A stretch of 64,000 nt of DNA from the IMG/VR virus record IMGVR_UViG_3300007511_000004, positions 64,001-128,000 of that record; one strand, written 5' to 3'. Made by a program: the position numbers and the translations under genes. Positions 1 through 9,980 of this stretch are shown here, one piece after another (the stretch's first letter is position 1; every line of letters begins with the position of its first letter). The notes under the pieces are model-generated. The model was not told the origin of the DNA and made no database searches. It worked only from the letters and a program-made list of their open reading frames with translations. The DNA comes from a virus.

Positions 1-776
1 CAGATACCCTTTTAAAACTTCGAGCAAAAGAACCAATTATCCGTAGGCCAGATGGGGCTGTTATTTACACAGAGCCCGAAAAAGGTCATGAATATATTAC
101 TTTAGTGGATGTAGCAAAAGGAAGAGGTCAGGATTATTCTACTTTTAATGTAATCGACGTAACATCTAGACCTTGGAAGCAAGTCGCAGTTTATCGAAAT
201 AATATTATCTCTCCGATCCTCTTCCCCGATATTATTTATAAGTATGCGAAGTCTTACAACGAATCTTTGGTAGTAGTAGAAAATAACGACTCGGGCCAGG
301 TAGTTTGTAATGGATTATATTATGATTTAGAATATGAGAATATGTTCCTGGAATCAAGCGTAAAAGCAAATGGAATCGGAATTCTAATGACCAGAAAAGT
401 AAAAAGACTTGGTTGTTCGGGATTTAAGGATATGATAGAAACGGATAAGCTTGAGATCGTAGATGAAGACACTATTATAGAGATAAGTACGTTCGTTGCG
501 AAAGGACAATCCTATGAAGCAAGTGATGGTAACCACGATGATCTAGTAATGAATTTAGTATTATTTGGCTATTTCGTTGGAACTAATTATTTTGGGGATC
601 TTACGGATATCAATCTAAAACAGATGTTATTTGAACAAAATCTAAGAGAAATTGAAGCAGATATATTACCATTCGGCTATATCGAAAACAATGAAGAATA
701 TATTCAGGAATTAACGGATGAGTCGGATCCGGATGCCCCCGATTGGCGTTTCGATCCATCAATTCATAGCTTTTAA
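1..776 (+). CDS. gp17: Terminase large subunit, C-terminal nuclease domain (5' partial; frame open from window start)
   Basis: EYITLVDVAKGRGQDYS and YEASDGNHDDLVM motifs; upstream of tail sheath. Confidence 0.95.
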   Translation, partial: DTLLKLRAKEPIIRRPDGAVIYTEPEKGHEYITLVDVAKGRGQDYSTFNVIDVTSRPWKQVAVYRNNIISPILFPDIIYKYAKSYNESLVVVENNDSGQVVCNGLYYDLEYENMFLESSVKANGIGILMTRKVKRLGCSGFKDMIETDKLEIVDEDTIIEISTFVAKGQSYEASDGNHDDLVMNLVLFGYFVGTNYFGDLTDINLKQMLFEQNLREIEADILPFGYIENNEEYIQELTDESDPDAPDWRFDPSIHSF

Positions 777-847
777 AAAGCATAAATAATAGTAATTGAT
801 CACATCCGTATTATGATAAAAACCCGTATAATTAAGGAGAAAATCCA

Positions 848-2662
848 ATGGCATTAGGTATACCATCATCTTCTCCTGCAGTAAACTTTAGAGAAATTGA
901 TCAATCGGGATCGATCTCTAGTACTCCAACATCAGTTGGGGTTATTGCAGGCGATTTTAGTTGGGGACCAGTATCTGAAGCTGTTCTAGTCCAGAATGAA
1001 GAAGGACTGGTAGCACAATTCGGTACTCCTACCACAACTAATACTGTGGACTTCCACAGCGCAGCATATTTTCTAAGATATGCAGAAGGGCTTTACGTTA
1101 TTCGTGAGGTTGATGGAGACTCAGCTAGTGCAACTGCAGCACAAAACGCTTACTCGATCACCACACCTACTAGCGCTCCCTTTGTAAAGAATAAAACTCA
1201 TTACGACCAACAGGCCGATACTCTAGATAACTTCTCTGGCGATAGTGCTAGTGATCCTTCTCTAGTCCGCGGTCACGAGGTTATTGCTCGTTACCCAGGC
1301 ACAATTGGTAACGATCTTCTAGTATCCATCTGTCCTGCTTCAGGTTCGGACTCTGCATTTGATGCATGGGGTTACAACGGATCATTCGATGGCGCGCCAA
1401 GTACCTCAGCATATGCTTCAGGTCGGAACGGAACATCGGACGAAGTCCACGTAGTCGTTGTCGATGAAACCGGTGGCATTTCTGGTACTGCTGGAACAGT
1501 TCTAGAAAAATACCCATATCTCTCAGTTGCAACTGATGCAAAAACCCCAGAAGGTCAATCGACCTATGTTAAAACTGTTCTGAATGAACGTTCAGAATAT
1601 GTACATTTTGCATCGTTCGGTTCAAGTCTGGCATTCGACTCGGATGCTTGGGGCTTAGCTTCAAACGTAGGTACTGCAACTACACCAGGATCCAGCAAAA
1701 CCTTCATTTCAGGTCTTGATGCCAAAAATTATACATTAGGTAACGCTGCTAATTCTTCCACTTTGGGAACGGGTGATATGGCAAGAGCTTATGATACGGT
1801 AGAGGATGTTGAGGCTATTGACGTTGATCTGCTTATTGCTCCAAGCTTGAGCAGCTCGGCCGATCAGGATACTGTCGTAGAAGATCTGGTTACTATTGCT
1901 GGTACCACACGTAAAGACGCACTAGTTGTCGCCTCACCGGCACGCAGCGATGTGGTTAATATTGCCGCTCCAACTGCAGTTACCAACACTGTAACTACAG
2001 CTAATAGTCATAGTAACTCGTCCTATCTAACCCTTGCTGGTAACTTCCTAAAGGTATATGATAAGTATAACGACAACTATATCTGGATCCCAGCAGCTTC
2101 GTCAGTAGCAGGTCTTATGGCAGCAACTGATAGAGAACAGGGCGCTTGGTACTCACCTGCAGGTACAAGACGCGGCCAAATCCGCGGAGTTACAGATCTT
2201 GCAATTAACCCTACTAAGTTGCAACGCGATACACTTTATAAAGCAGGTGTTAACCCAATTGCAACCCTGACTGGTCAAGGGACATTACTATACGGCGATA
2301 AGACTAAACTTAATCGACCAAGCGCTTTCGATCGTATTAACGTTCGTCGTCTGTTCTTGAAGATTGAGAAAGAAATCGCTAATTATGCTAGAAACCTCGT
2401 TTTTGAATTCAATGACGAATTCACTCGCGCAGAGTTTGTTGGTGTTGTAGAACCATACCTAAGAGATATCCAAGCCAGAAGAGGCATTACGGATTTCCGC
2501 GTGGTCTGCGATGAGACAAATAATACGCCGACAGTCGTCGATAATAACGAGTTTATTGCTAGCATATATATTAAACCGGCCAGATCGATCAACTACATCA
2601 CTCTAAACTTTGTTGCAGTACGCACCGGCGTTTCGTTTGAAGAAGTCGTAGGTCAGGGATAA
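848..2662 (+). CDS. gp18: Tail sheath protein
   Basis: SPAVNFREID start, WYSPAG, GDKT, FDRINVRRLF, IKPARSINYITLNFVA. Confidence 0.97.
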   Translation: MALGIPSSSPAVNFREIDQSGSISSTPTSVGVIAGDFSWGPVSEAVLVQNEEGLVAQFGTPTTTNTVDFHSAAYFLRYAEGLYVIREVDGDSASATAAQNAYSITTPTSAPFVKNKTHYDQQADTLDNFSGDSASDPSLVRGHEVIARYPGTIGNDLLVSICPASGSDSAFDAWGYNGSFDGAPSTSAYASGRNGTSDEVHVVVVDETGGISGTAGTVLEKYPYLSVATDAKTPEGQSTYVKTVLNERSEYVHFASFGSSLAFDSDAWGLASNVGTATTPGSSKTFISGLDAKNYTLGNAANSSTLGTGDMARAYDTVEDVEAIDVDLLIAPSLSSSADQDTVVEDLVTIAGTTRKDALVVASPARSDVVNIAAPTAVTNTVTTANSHSNSSYLTLAGNFLKVYDKYNDNYIWIPAASSVAGLMAATDREQGAWYSPAGTRRGQIRGVTDLAINPTKLQRDTLYKAGVNPIATLTGQGTLLYGDKTKLNRPSAFDRINVRRLFLKIEKEIANYARNLVFEFNDEFTRAEFVGVVEPYLRDIQARRGITDFRVVCDETNNTPTVVDNNEFIASIYIKPARSINYITLNFVAVRTGVSFEEVVGQG

Positions 2663-2672
2663 GGAGGCTACA

Positions 2673-3206
2673 ATGGTACTTAACGTACAACAGTTTAAAA
2701 CAGAATTGGTTAAAGGTGGGTCTAGAGCCAACCTTTTCGAAGCCGAAATTAATCTCCCTGCTAGCTTGGGGTCTAATGAGATTACTAAGGTCTCTAAGTT
2801 TCTAGTAAAAACTGCAGAGATCCCTGGTTCGACTATTACCCCGATTATCATCCCATTCCGTGGTAGACAACTTAAGATCTCAGGCGATAGAACCTTTGAT
2901 CCATGGACAGTTACCATTATCAATGATGGTGATATGAAGATTCGTAAGGGTATTGAAGAGTGGATGAATTCTATCAATAATCATGAGGATAACCAAGGTG
3001 CGGTAGATAACTATTTTGCCCAACTGAACGTTGCTCAAATTGATAGACAGCTCGGTAAAGAGGTCAAAGGCCAGAAATGGACGTTCGTAGATGCGTGGCC
3101 ATCTGATCTAGGCCCGATTTCGGTATCATTCGATAACGAAAATCAGATCCAAGAATATCAGGTCACGTTCCAGTACCAATACTGGACTTCAGATCGTACC
3201 ACCTAA
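2673..3206 (+). CDS. gp19: Tail tube protein
   Basis: GGSRANLFE, FRGRQLKISGDRTFDPWTVT; synteny. Confidence 0.95.
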   Translation: MVLNVQQFKTELVKGGSRANLFEAEINLPASLGSNEITKVSKFLVKTAEIPGSTITPIIIPFRGRQLKISGDRTFDPWTVTIINDGDMKIRKGIEEWMNSINNHEDNQGAVDNYFAQLNVAQIDRQLGKEVKGQKWTFVDAWPSDLGPISVSFDNENQIQEYQVTFQYQYWTSDRTT

Positions 3207-3216
3207 TACGATCATA

Positions 3217-3224
3217 TATAAATA
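3217..3224 (+). promoter_or_regulatory. T4-type late promoter TATAAATA
   Basis: Exact gp55 consensus upstream of the portal gene, followed by hairpin AAGAAGGGCA-GTTA-TGCCCTTCTT. Confidence 0.8.
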
Positions 3225-3273
3225 ATAAGAAGGGCAGTTATGCCCTTCTTAACTATTGAGTAAGGAAAAGGTA

Positions 3274-4806
3274 ATGGCAGATAACAGTCTTCAGCTATTT
3301 GGATTCGAGATCAAAAGAGCGAAGAAAAAAGAAGCTCAGAAGTCTCCATCCATTGTACCTCCAACAGATACGGACGGAGCTGGCTATGTTACCGCTTCAG
3401 GTGCAGGACATTATGGTCAATATGTAGATATTGATGGCGATAAAGCTAAAGATAATTACCAACTAGTTATGAAGTACCGGGGGTCTTCGATGCACCCCGA
3501 GGTCGATATGGCTATCGAAGAGATTGTCAATGAAGCTATTATGACTTCCGAATTACAGGCTCCGGTCAATGTTAATTTGGATAAAGTCGAAGCTTCTGAT
3601 AAAATTAAAAAAAGTATCCAAGAGGAGTTCGATCGGGTTCTGTCTCTGTTGAACTTTGCAGATAATGGCGTCGATATGTTTAGACGTTGGTATATCGATG
3701 GACGACTAGTACACCACATTATCGTGGATGAAGCGAATCTGAAAAACGGCATTCAAGAAATTCGATTCATGGATGCATCAAAGGTTCGAAAAATTCGAGA
3801 GATCCAATATAAAAGGGATACGACTGGTGGACCACAGGGCGCAAAGGTCGTCGATAAAGTAAAAGAATATTACGTCTATCAGGAAAAGCCAGGCGCACAG
3901 ACGGGTGCAGTTAAATTAACTGAAGATTCTGTCAGTTATGTCTCATCTGGTCTACTTGATGAATCCCGCAGAAAAGTAATTTCATATCTACATAAATCAC
4001 TAAAAGCCGTTAACCAATTACGCATGATGGAGGACTCGCTAGTAATATATCGTCTAGCTAGAGCGCCAGAACGCCGTATCTTTTATGTAGACGTCGGTAA
4101 CTTACCTAAGGGTAAAGCCGAAGAATATATGAAAGGTATCATGACCAAGTATCGTAATAAATTGGTCTACGATTCTAATACCGGTGATATTCGAGATGAT
4201 AGAAAACATATGTCAATGCTCGAAGATATCTGGCTACCTCGCCGCGAGGGCGGTCGTGGGACTGAGATCTCCACTTTACCAGGCGGGGAGAATCTGGGTC
4301 AGATTGACGATATCATTTATTTCCAAAAACGTCTATATAGAGCATTGAACGTCCCTCTTAATAGATTAGAACAAGAATCTCAATTTTCACTGGGGCGATC
4401 TAATGAGATTACCCGAGAAGAAATTAAGTTCCAGAAATTTATTGATAAACTACGTAATAAATTTGGTAAACTGATGATCGAGCTTCTTAAGAAACAGCTT
4501 CTTATGAAGGCGATTATCACTGAGGACGACTGGGAGAATTGGAAAAACGATATCAACATTGATTATCTCCGTGATAACCATTTCACCGAACTGATGGAAA
4601 ATGATATCCTCCGGGAGAAGATTCAGACCCTTGACCAAGTAGGTCAATACGTAGGTGAATACTTTACTAAAGAGTGGGTTCTGAAAAATGTTCTTAGATA
4701 TGATGAGGATGATATCGCGGAGCTTGAAAAAGCCAGTGAGAGTAACGACGATGCTGAAGAAGAAAGTGATGCTAGATTGTCTAAAAACGATGAATTAGAC
4801 AATTAA
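3274..4806 (+). CDS. gp20: Portal protein
   Basis: QLRMMEDSLVIYRLARAPERRIFYVDVGNLPK, WLPRREGGRGTEI; ATG 3274 behind AAGGA. Confidence 0.97.
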   Translation: MADNSLQLFGFEIKRAKKKEAQKSPSIVPPTDTDGAGYVTASGAGHYGQYVDIDGDKAKDNYQLVMKYRGSSMHPEVDMAIEEIVNEAIMTSELQAPVNVNLDKVEASDKIKKSIQEEFDRVLSLLNFADNGVDMFRRWYIDGRLVHHIIVDEANLKNGIQEIRFMDASKVRKIREIQYKRDTTGGPQGAKVVDKVKEYYVYQEKPGAQTGAVKLTEDSVSYVSSGLLDESRRKVISYLHKSLKAVNQLRMMEDSLVIYRLARAPERRIFYVDVGNLPKGKAEEYMKGIMTKYRNKLVYDSNTGDIRDDRKHMSMLEDIWLPRREGGRGTEISTLPGGENLGQIDDIIYFQKRLYRALNVPLNRLEQESQFSLGRSNEITREEIKFQKFIDKLRNKFGKLMIELLKKQLLMKAIITEDDWENWKNDINIDYLRDNHFTELMENDILREKIQTLDQVGQYVGEYFTKEWVLKNVLRYDEDDIAELEKASESNDDAEEESDARLSKNDELDN

Positions 4807-4830
4807 ATTGGATGTCAAGCTTTTCATTCG

Positions 4831-4838
4831 TATAAATA
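4831..4838 (+). promoter_or_regulatory. Late promoter TATAAATA
   Basis: Exact consensus upstream of prohead core genes. Confidence 0.8.
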
Positions 4839-4856
4839 ATATACAAGGAGAATATA

Positions 4857-5171
4857 ATGAATAATATTGAAGATTTGATCCAGAATGTACTGGACGGCGA
4901 TTTTAATAAAGCCAATGACGTTTTTGCCGGGTTGGTGGCTGATAAACAATCAGATGTATTAGCACAAGAAAAAATCGCTATAGCTAACCAAATCTTTAAT
5001 GGGTCAGTTGAAGCTGAAGAGCCAGCTGAGGGGCCTATCTCAAATGAGACCGATCAGGAAGACGAGGTTGCATTAGAGGCAGATGCTGAGGACCCAATTG
5101 AGGATGATATCAATATTGATGATATTAATGTTGATGATATCGATCTAGAAGAATTAGAAAATCAGGAATAA
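4857..5171 (+). CDS. gp67: Prohead core protein (gp67-like, acidic)
   Basis: Small, highly acidic, between portal and protease; AAGGAG RBS. Confidence 0.7.
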   Translation: MNNIEDLIQNVLDGDFNKANDVFAGLVADKQSDVLAQEKIAIANQIFNGSVEAEEPAEGPISNETDQEDEVALEADAEDPIEDDINIDDINVDDIDLEELENQE

Positions 5172-5175
5172 TTAA

Positions 5176-5832
5176 ATGAAACTGATCAGCGAATATACAG
5201 AAAACGATATCCAGTGTATCGTAGAATCCAAAGAAAATGGCGAGAAGAGATACGTGATTGAAGGCGTATTTGCTCAAGCTGATCAGAAAAACCGTAATGG
5301 TCGCGTTTATCCGAAAATGATTATGGAAGGCGCAGTTAATCGTTACGTAACAGAACAAGTTTCCAAAGGTAGGGCAGTAGGTGAACTAAATCACCCTGAT
5401 GGGCCTACCATCAATTTGGACAAGGTATCTCACAAGATCACGGACCTCAGATTCGAGGGAAATGATGTTGTAGGTAAGGCACAAGTATTGGATACTCCAA
5501 TGGGTAAGATTGTAAAAGGTCTACTTGAAGGTGGTGTTCAACTAGGTGTGTCGACTCGTGGTATGGGAAGTCTAGAGCAACGAAATGGTGTTATGTATGT
5601 CAAGGAAGATTTTCACCTTGCTACCGTAGACATTGTTCAGGATCCATCTGCGCCCCAAGCATTTGTTAATGGGATTATGGAAGGCGTAGAATGGGTTTGG
5701 AACAATGGCATCATTGAGGCTAAAGATATTGAAGAAATTGAGACTGAAATTAGAAACGCTCCACGTGCAGCTCTTTATGAGACGCAGGTTCGTGAGTTTA
5801 AGAATTTCCTCTCGTTGATCAAAAATAGATAA
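5176..5832 (+). CDS. gp21: Prohead protease
   Basis: KNRNGRVYP, GELNHP, LGVSTRGMGS, DIVQDPSAP. Confidence 0.96.
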   Translation: MKLISEYTENDIQCIVESKENGEKRYVIEGVFAQADQKNRNGRVYPKMIMEGAVNRYVTEQVSKGRAVGELNHPDGPTINLDKVSHKITDLRFEGNDVVGKAQVLDTPMGKIVKGLLEGGVQLGVSTRGMGSLEQRNGVMYVKEDFHLATVDIVQDPSAPQAFVNGIMEGVEWVWNNGIIEAKDIEEIETEIRNAPRAALYETQVREFKNFLSLIKNR

Positions 5833-5842
5833 GGAGTTAAAC

Positions 5843-6880
5843 ATGGCTGATCAAATTCAGGAACAGGATGTTGAGCTCGATGAAATCGACGAAGAAGTCA
5901 TCGAAGAAGCTCATGATCCTAAAAACGCTGAAGCCCAGTCAGTTGCCTCGGTAGATAAAGCTACTGATGCAGGACCGGGTCAAAGTGCAACCAGAACTGG
6001 TGATAGCAGAAAATCAGAACCAATGCCTAAAACTAAGGCTGGTATGATTAATGCTATGTACGGTAAAATGTCTGGAATGAAGAAAGCTGATCTTCAGGCA
6101 ATGTTCAAAGGTATGCACGAAGACGTAGATTTCGAAGAAGTGGAAGCAATTGCTGAAGCACAAATCGACGTCGATTCAGAACTTAAAGACCTTGTGGATA
6201 ACGAAGCAACACTCTCGGAAGAGTTCAAGGAAAAGACTGCAATCCTATTTGATACTGCAGTACAATCCAAGATCGCTGAAGAAGTTGAGCGTCTCGATGA
6301 ACAATACAAGGAAGAACTAGCTGGTGAAGTTTCAACCATGAAAGAATCAATGGTTGAGAAAATTGACAGCTACCTAAACTACGTAGTCGAAAATTGGATG
6401 GACGAAAATAAAATCGCTGTTCAAAATGGTCTTCGTACTGAAATTGCTGAAGGTTTCATGAGCAATCTTAAAGATCTGTTCACAGAGTCTTATATTGAAG
6501 TACCGGAGTCAAAAGTCGACCTAGTTGACGATCTCGCTGGTCAGGTTGAGGAGCTAGAAGAGCGCCTGAACAAGACTACCAAAGACGCGATCGACCTTTC
6601 GGAAGAAATTGAAAATCTTAAGAGAGATCGTATTGTCGCTGAAGCTGCTAAGGGTCTTGCAGACACTCAAGCAGAAAAACTAGCGGGTCTTCTTGAAAAG
6701 GCAGAATTCGAATCAGAAGAAGCTTTCGTTAAGAAAGTGGAAGTAATTAAAGAATCGTATTTTGCGGAACAAAAAGTAGAAGCTGATCCAATTGAGACGG
6801 AAACAATCACTGAAGAAGATACAGTGGAAGTTTCGGCAGTTATGGAACAGTATCTCACAGCTCTTAGAAAAACCCAATAA
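5843..6880 (+). CDS. gp22: Prohead scaffold/core protein
   Basis: Acidic coiled coil, IDSYLNYVVENWM, GLRTEIAEGFM; synteny. Confidence 0.93.
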   Translation: MADQIQEQDVELDEIDEEVIEEAHDPKNAEAQSVASVDKATDAGPGQSATRTGDSRKSEPMPKTKAGMINAMYGKMSGMKKADLQAMFKGMHEDVDFEEVEAIAEAQIDVDSELKDLVDNEATLSEEFKEKTAILFDTAVQSKIAEEVERLDEQYKEELAGEVSTMKESMVEKIDSYLNYVVENWMDENKIAVQNGLRTEIAEGFMSNLKDLFTESYIEVPESKVDLVDDLAGQVEELEERLNKTTKDAIDLSEEIENLKRDRIVAEAAKGLADTQAEKLAGLLEKAEFESEEAFVKKVEVIKESYFAEQKVEADPIETETITEEDTVEVSAVMEQYLTALRKTQ

Positions 6881-6893
6881 GGAGTATAGACAA

Positions 6894-8240
6894 ATGTCTT
6901 ACGATAAATTAATTGAGAAATGGAACCCAGTTCTCTCGGAAGAAAGCGTTGCACCTATTGCTGATAAGCATAGAAAAGCTGTAACTGCTCAGCTTCTGGA
7001 AAACCAAGAGGTTGCTTTCCGCGAAGAAGGTTCGCAGATGAACTTCCTGGCGGAACACGACCAAAACACAACTAACGTCACTAGCGGTACTACTGCGAAC
7101 TGGAACCCAGTTCTTATCTCGCTTGTACGTCGTGCTATGCCAAACATGATCGCTCACGATATCGCTGGCGTTCAGCCAATGACCGGTCCAACAGGCCTCA
7201 TCTTCGCGATGAAGTCACGTTACCGTTCAACTAAATCTGGCGTTTCTGTTGGTGATGAGGCTCTGTTCGGCGAAGCTGCATTTAACTTCTCGGGTGACTC
7301 GGGCACAACTGCAATGGCAGCTGATGGCTCTGGTCTTTCGGGCGTTAATGATGGCGACGGTGACTCTACAATCGCAGACTCGGTTGCAGATCCTACTACA
7401 GGTCTTGACCTTTACACTACCGCTGAAGCAGAAGCACTTGGTGCATCTGGCGGCGAACAGTTCGCTGAAATGGGTTTCACCATGGAAAAAGCAACTGTTA
7501 CTGCAAAGTCACGTGCTCTGAAAGCCGAGTACACTATGGAATTGGCACAGGATCTTAAGGCTATCCACGGTCTGGATGCTGAAACAGAACTTGCTAATAT
7601 CCTGACAACTGAGATCCTAGCGGAAATCAACCGCGAAGTTATCCGTACAGTTAACTCTCAGGCGAAGCTTGGTGCTACTACTGGTAACACTGCAGTTAAC
7701 GGCATCTTCGATCTTCAGACAGACGCAGACGGTCGTTGGAGCGTTGAAAAGATCAAAGGTCTTATCATCCAGCTCGAGCGTGAAGCTAACCAGATCGCAA
7801 AAGACACTCGTCGCGGTAAGGGTAACTTCCTGGTCGTTTCTTCGGATGTTGCTTCGGCTCTTGCAGCTTCGGGTATGCTTGATTACGCTCCGGCGCTTTC
7901 GGCTAACCTGAACGTCGACGACACAGGTAACACTTTTGCAGGCGTTCTGAACGGTCGCACTAAGGTCTATATCGACCCATATGCAACTGCAGACTATGCA
8001 ACTGTAGGTTATAAAGGTTCTTCGGCATATGACGCAGGTCTATTCTACTGCCCATACGTACCACTAACTATGGTTCGTGCGGTTGGTGAGAACACCTTCC
8101 AGCCAAAAATCGGCTTCAAGACTCGCTACGGTATGGTTTCGAACCCATTCGTTGGCGCTACTCCTGCTAACGGTCTGGCAGCTGCTAAGACCAATCAGTA
8201 CTACAGGATCTTCAGGGTTGATAATATCCTGGGCGCATAA
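6894..8240 (+). CDS. gp23: Major capsid protein
   Basis: GVQPMTGPTGLIFAM, SRALKAEYTMELAQDLKAIHGLDAE, FQPKIGFKTRYG; ATG 6894 behind TAAGGAG. Confidence 0.98.
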   Translation: MSYDKLIEKWNPVLSEESVAPIADKHRKAVTAQLLENQEVAFREEGSQMNFLAEHDQNTTNVTSGTTANWNPVLISLVRRAMPNMIAHDIAGVQPMTGPTGLIFAMKSRYRSTKSGVSVGDEALFGEAAFNFSGDSGTTAMAADGSGLSGVNDGDGDSTIADSVADPTTGLDLYTTAEAEALGASGGEQFAEMGFTMEKATVTAKSRALKAEYTMELAQDLKAIHGLDAETELANILTTEILAEINREVIRTVNSQAKLGATTGNTAVNGIFDLQTDADGRWSVEKIKGLIIQLEREANQIAKDTRRGKGNFLVVSSDVASALAASGMLDYAPALSANLNVDDTGNTFAGVLNGRTKVYIDPYATADYATVGYKGSSAYDAGLFYCPYVPLTMVRAVGENTFQPKIGFKTRYGMVSNPFVGATPANGLAAAKTNQYYRIFRVDNILGA

Positions 8241-8280
8241 GCCTAGCGAAGAGAAGGGTCAACCTTCCAAAATAATAGAT

Positions 8281-8305
8281 GGGGCGGCATTTTGCCGCCC
8301 TTTTT
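8281..8305 (+). terminator. Intrinsic terminator after gp23
   Basis: GGGCGGCA-TTT-TGCCGCCC followed by a T tract. Confidence 0.85.
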
Positions 8306-8345
8306 AGTGGCCGTTCAAATCCTTATATTCTTCCGTTTTTTCTCT

Positions 8346-8353
8346 TATAAATA
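8346..8353 (+). promoter_or_regulatory. Late promoter TATAAATA
   Basis: Exact consensus upstream of gp3. Confidence 0.75.
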
Positions 8354-8378
8354 TAGGTAACAAGATGAGGAATGAAAT

Positions 8379-8864
8379 ATGTCTTTAACCGAAAATCGTA
8401 ATTACTTACAACCCAGTGCATTCAAAGTTCTGATTGACCGAAAAAGGTTTGCCAACGCGAATTTCTTTGCGCAGTCGTTTCAACATCCGGATGTTAGTAC
8501 TACTGCGACCGAAGTTCCATATAGACAGTATAGCAGCTCTCCCGAAATCCCGGATACTTACCAGTATGGGGAATTGACTATTAACTTCATATTAGATGAG
8601 GATATGGAAGTATACACGGAACTCCATACCTGGCTAAAGGATAATGTTGATAAAGAATTTCAGGAAGCTGATTCGGTCAATCCCTCGTATGCAGATATCG
8701 TGATTACCGTTCTATCTAGTAAGAATAATGTTAATAAGAAAATCAAATACAGAAATGCATTTCCAACTAATATTGGGGGTATTTCTTTTGAAGCGAATCT
8801 CGACGGTCTGCAGGTTATGGCTTTTCCGGTTTCGTTCCGTTATACATACTTTGACATTGAATAA
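8379..8864 (+). CDS. gp3: Tail completion/tube terminator protein
   Basis: NYLQPSAF, LTINFILDEDM, NAFPTNIGGISF; position after gp23. Confidence 0.88.
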   Translation: MSLTENRNYLQPSAFKVLIDRKRFANANFFAQSFQHPDVSTTATEVPYRQYSSSPEIPDTYQYGELTINFILDEDMEVYTELHTWLKDNVDKEFQEADSVNPSYADIVITVLSSKNNVNKKIKYRNAFPTNIGGISFEANLDGLQVMAFPVSFRYTYFDIE

Positions 8865-8881
8865 ACTATAGGATTATATTT

Positions 8882-9328
8882 GTGATTGATCTACAGAATG
8901 TACTGAAAGAGTGGGAAACTGATTCCGTAATTGATGATATGAATTTAGATGAAGAGAGCAGAAAAGCTGCTAATCTCCATGCTAAATATCTACAATTATA
9001 TTCCCTTGCAAAACTTCAACTTAAAAAATCAGAAATGTCGCAGAAGTCCCTATTGAAGGATAAGTGGCTATATTATGGTGGGAAAATGACTGCAGAGGAT
9101 ATTGAAGATAGAGGTTGGGAGTATGACCCGTTTGATGGGCTTAAAGTCCTGAAGACTGATATGGATCGCTATTATGATGCAGATCCTGATATACAGAAAT
9201 CGGAAGAGAAAGTAGAATACTGGAAGACCGTGGTTGCAGCTCTAAAAGAAATTCTGGATAATGTCAAATGGCGGCATCAGACTATTAAGAATATTCTAGA
9301 ATGGAAAAAGTTTCAAGCCGGTGCATAA
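8882..9328 (+). CDS. uvsY: Recombination mediator UvsY
   Basis: LHAKYL, KWLYYGGK, RHQTIKNILEWKKF. Confidence 0.9.
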   Translation: MIDLQNVLKEWETDSVIDDMNLDEESRKAANLHAKYLQLYSLAKLQLKKSEMSQKSLLKDKWLYYGGKMTAEDIEDRGWEYDPFDGLKVLKTDMDRYYDADPDIQKSEEKVEYWKTVVAALKEILDNVKWRHQTIKNILEWKKFQAGA

Positions 9329-9980
9329 CGAATTAATCATTTGGACCATACAGCGAACAGGTGCCACAACGCTTAAATCCCGATTGGGTATCCAAGGCGC
9401 TATATTCGGTAATGGTGGGAAGTATGGCTCAACCCCCTCGGAAGAGATGGAGGATATTTTATCCTTTGAGAGAGAATTTAAATCCTCAGTAGGGGGATAT
9501 CATACTAATTGGGGTAAGTTATTCCAAATCGCGAAATATACCCCCGATCGTACCCATATCGTACATTACCGAGATAATTCAGCAGATCGTATACTATCTT
9601 GGTATCTCGCCAACTCGACTGGTGCATTCAGTCCTAAAAAAGTGGACAAATATAAAGATAATGTAGTTAAATTCCTCGGGGATGATACACTAGACCCATC
9701 CCACTTAATTGAACGAGAGATACTTGATCTAAAGCTCCTTCTACAAGCCTCAGTTATCCTTAATAGCCTTGGTCGAGATATAATCGTTACTAAGTATGAG
9801 GATTTCTTTACACCGGAGCAAGGATATGGCACTCGTGATATATACGAACAGTTATCCGGCGTAGATGACTTTAATGAGTTAATAAATAACAATGCAGAGA
9901 TTCGAAACTTAAAAGCTGAAATTGATGGAAAAGATAACAGTACAGAAGAACACCCACGTATCGCTGAACTTAAGTTGTAA
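9321..9980 (+). CDS. Putative Stf0-like sulfotransferase
   Basis: QRTGATTL resembles a 5'-PSB loop; HIVHYRDNSADRILSWYLANSTG resembles the Stf0 3'-PB segment; late YEDF motif. Confidence 0.55.
   Translation: MHNELIIWTIQRTGATTLKSRLGIQGAIFGNGGKYGSTPSEEMEDILSFEREFKSSVGGYHTNWGKLFQIAKYTPDRTHIVHYRDNSADRILSWYLANSTGAFSPKKVDKYKDNVVKFLGDDTLDPSHLIEREILDLKLLLQASVILNSLGRDIIVTKYEDFFTPEQGYGTRDIYEQLSGVDDFNELINNNAEIRNLKAEIDGKDNSTEEHPRIAELKL

Noticed and set aside
5103-5147. Tandem GATGATAT(C/T)AAT repeats
   Set aside because: They encode the low-complexity acidic DDIN(I/V) tail of gp67, not a separate element
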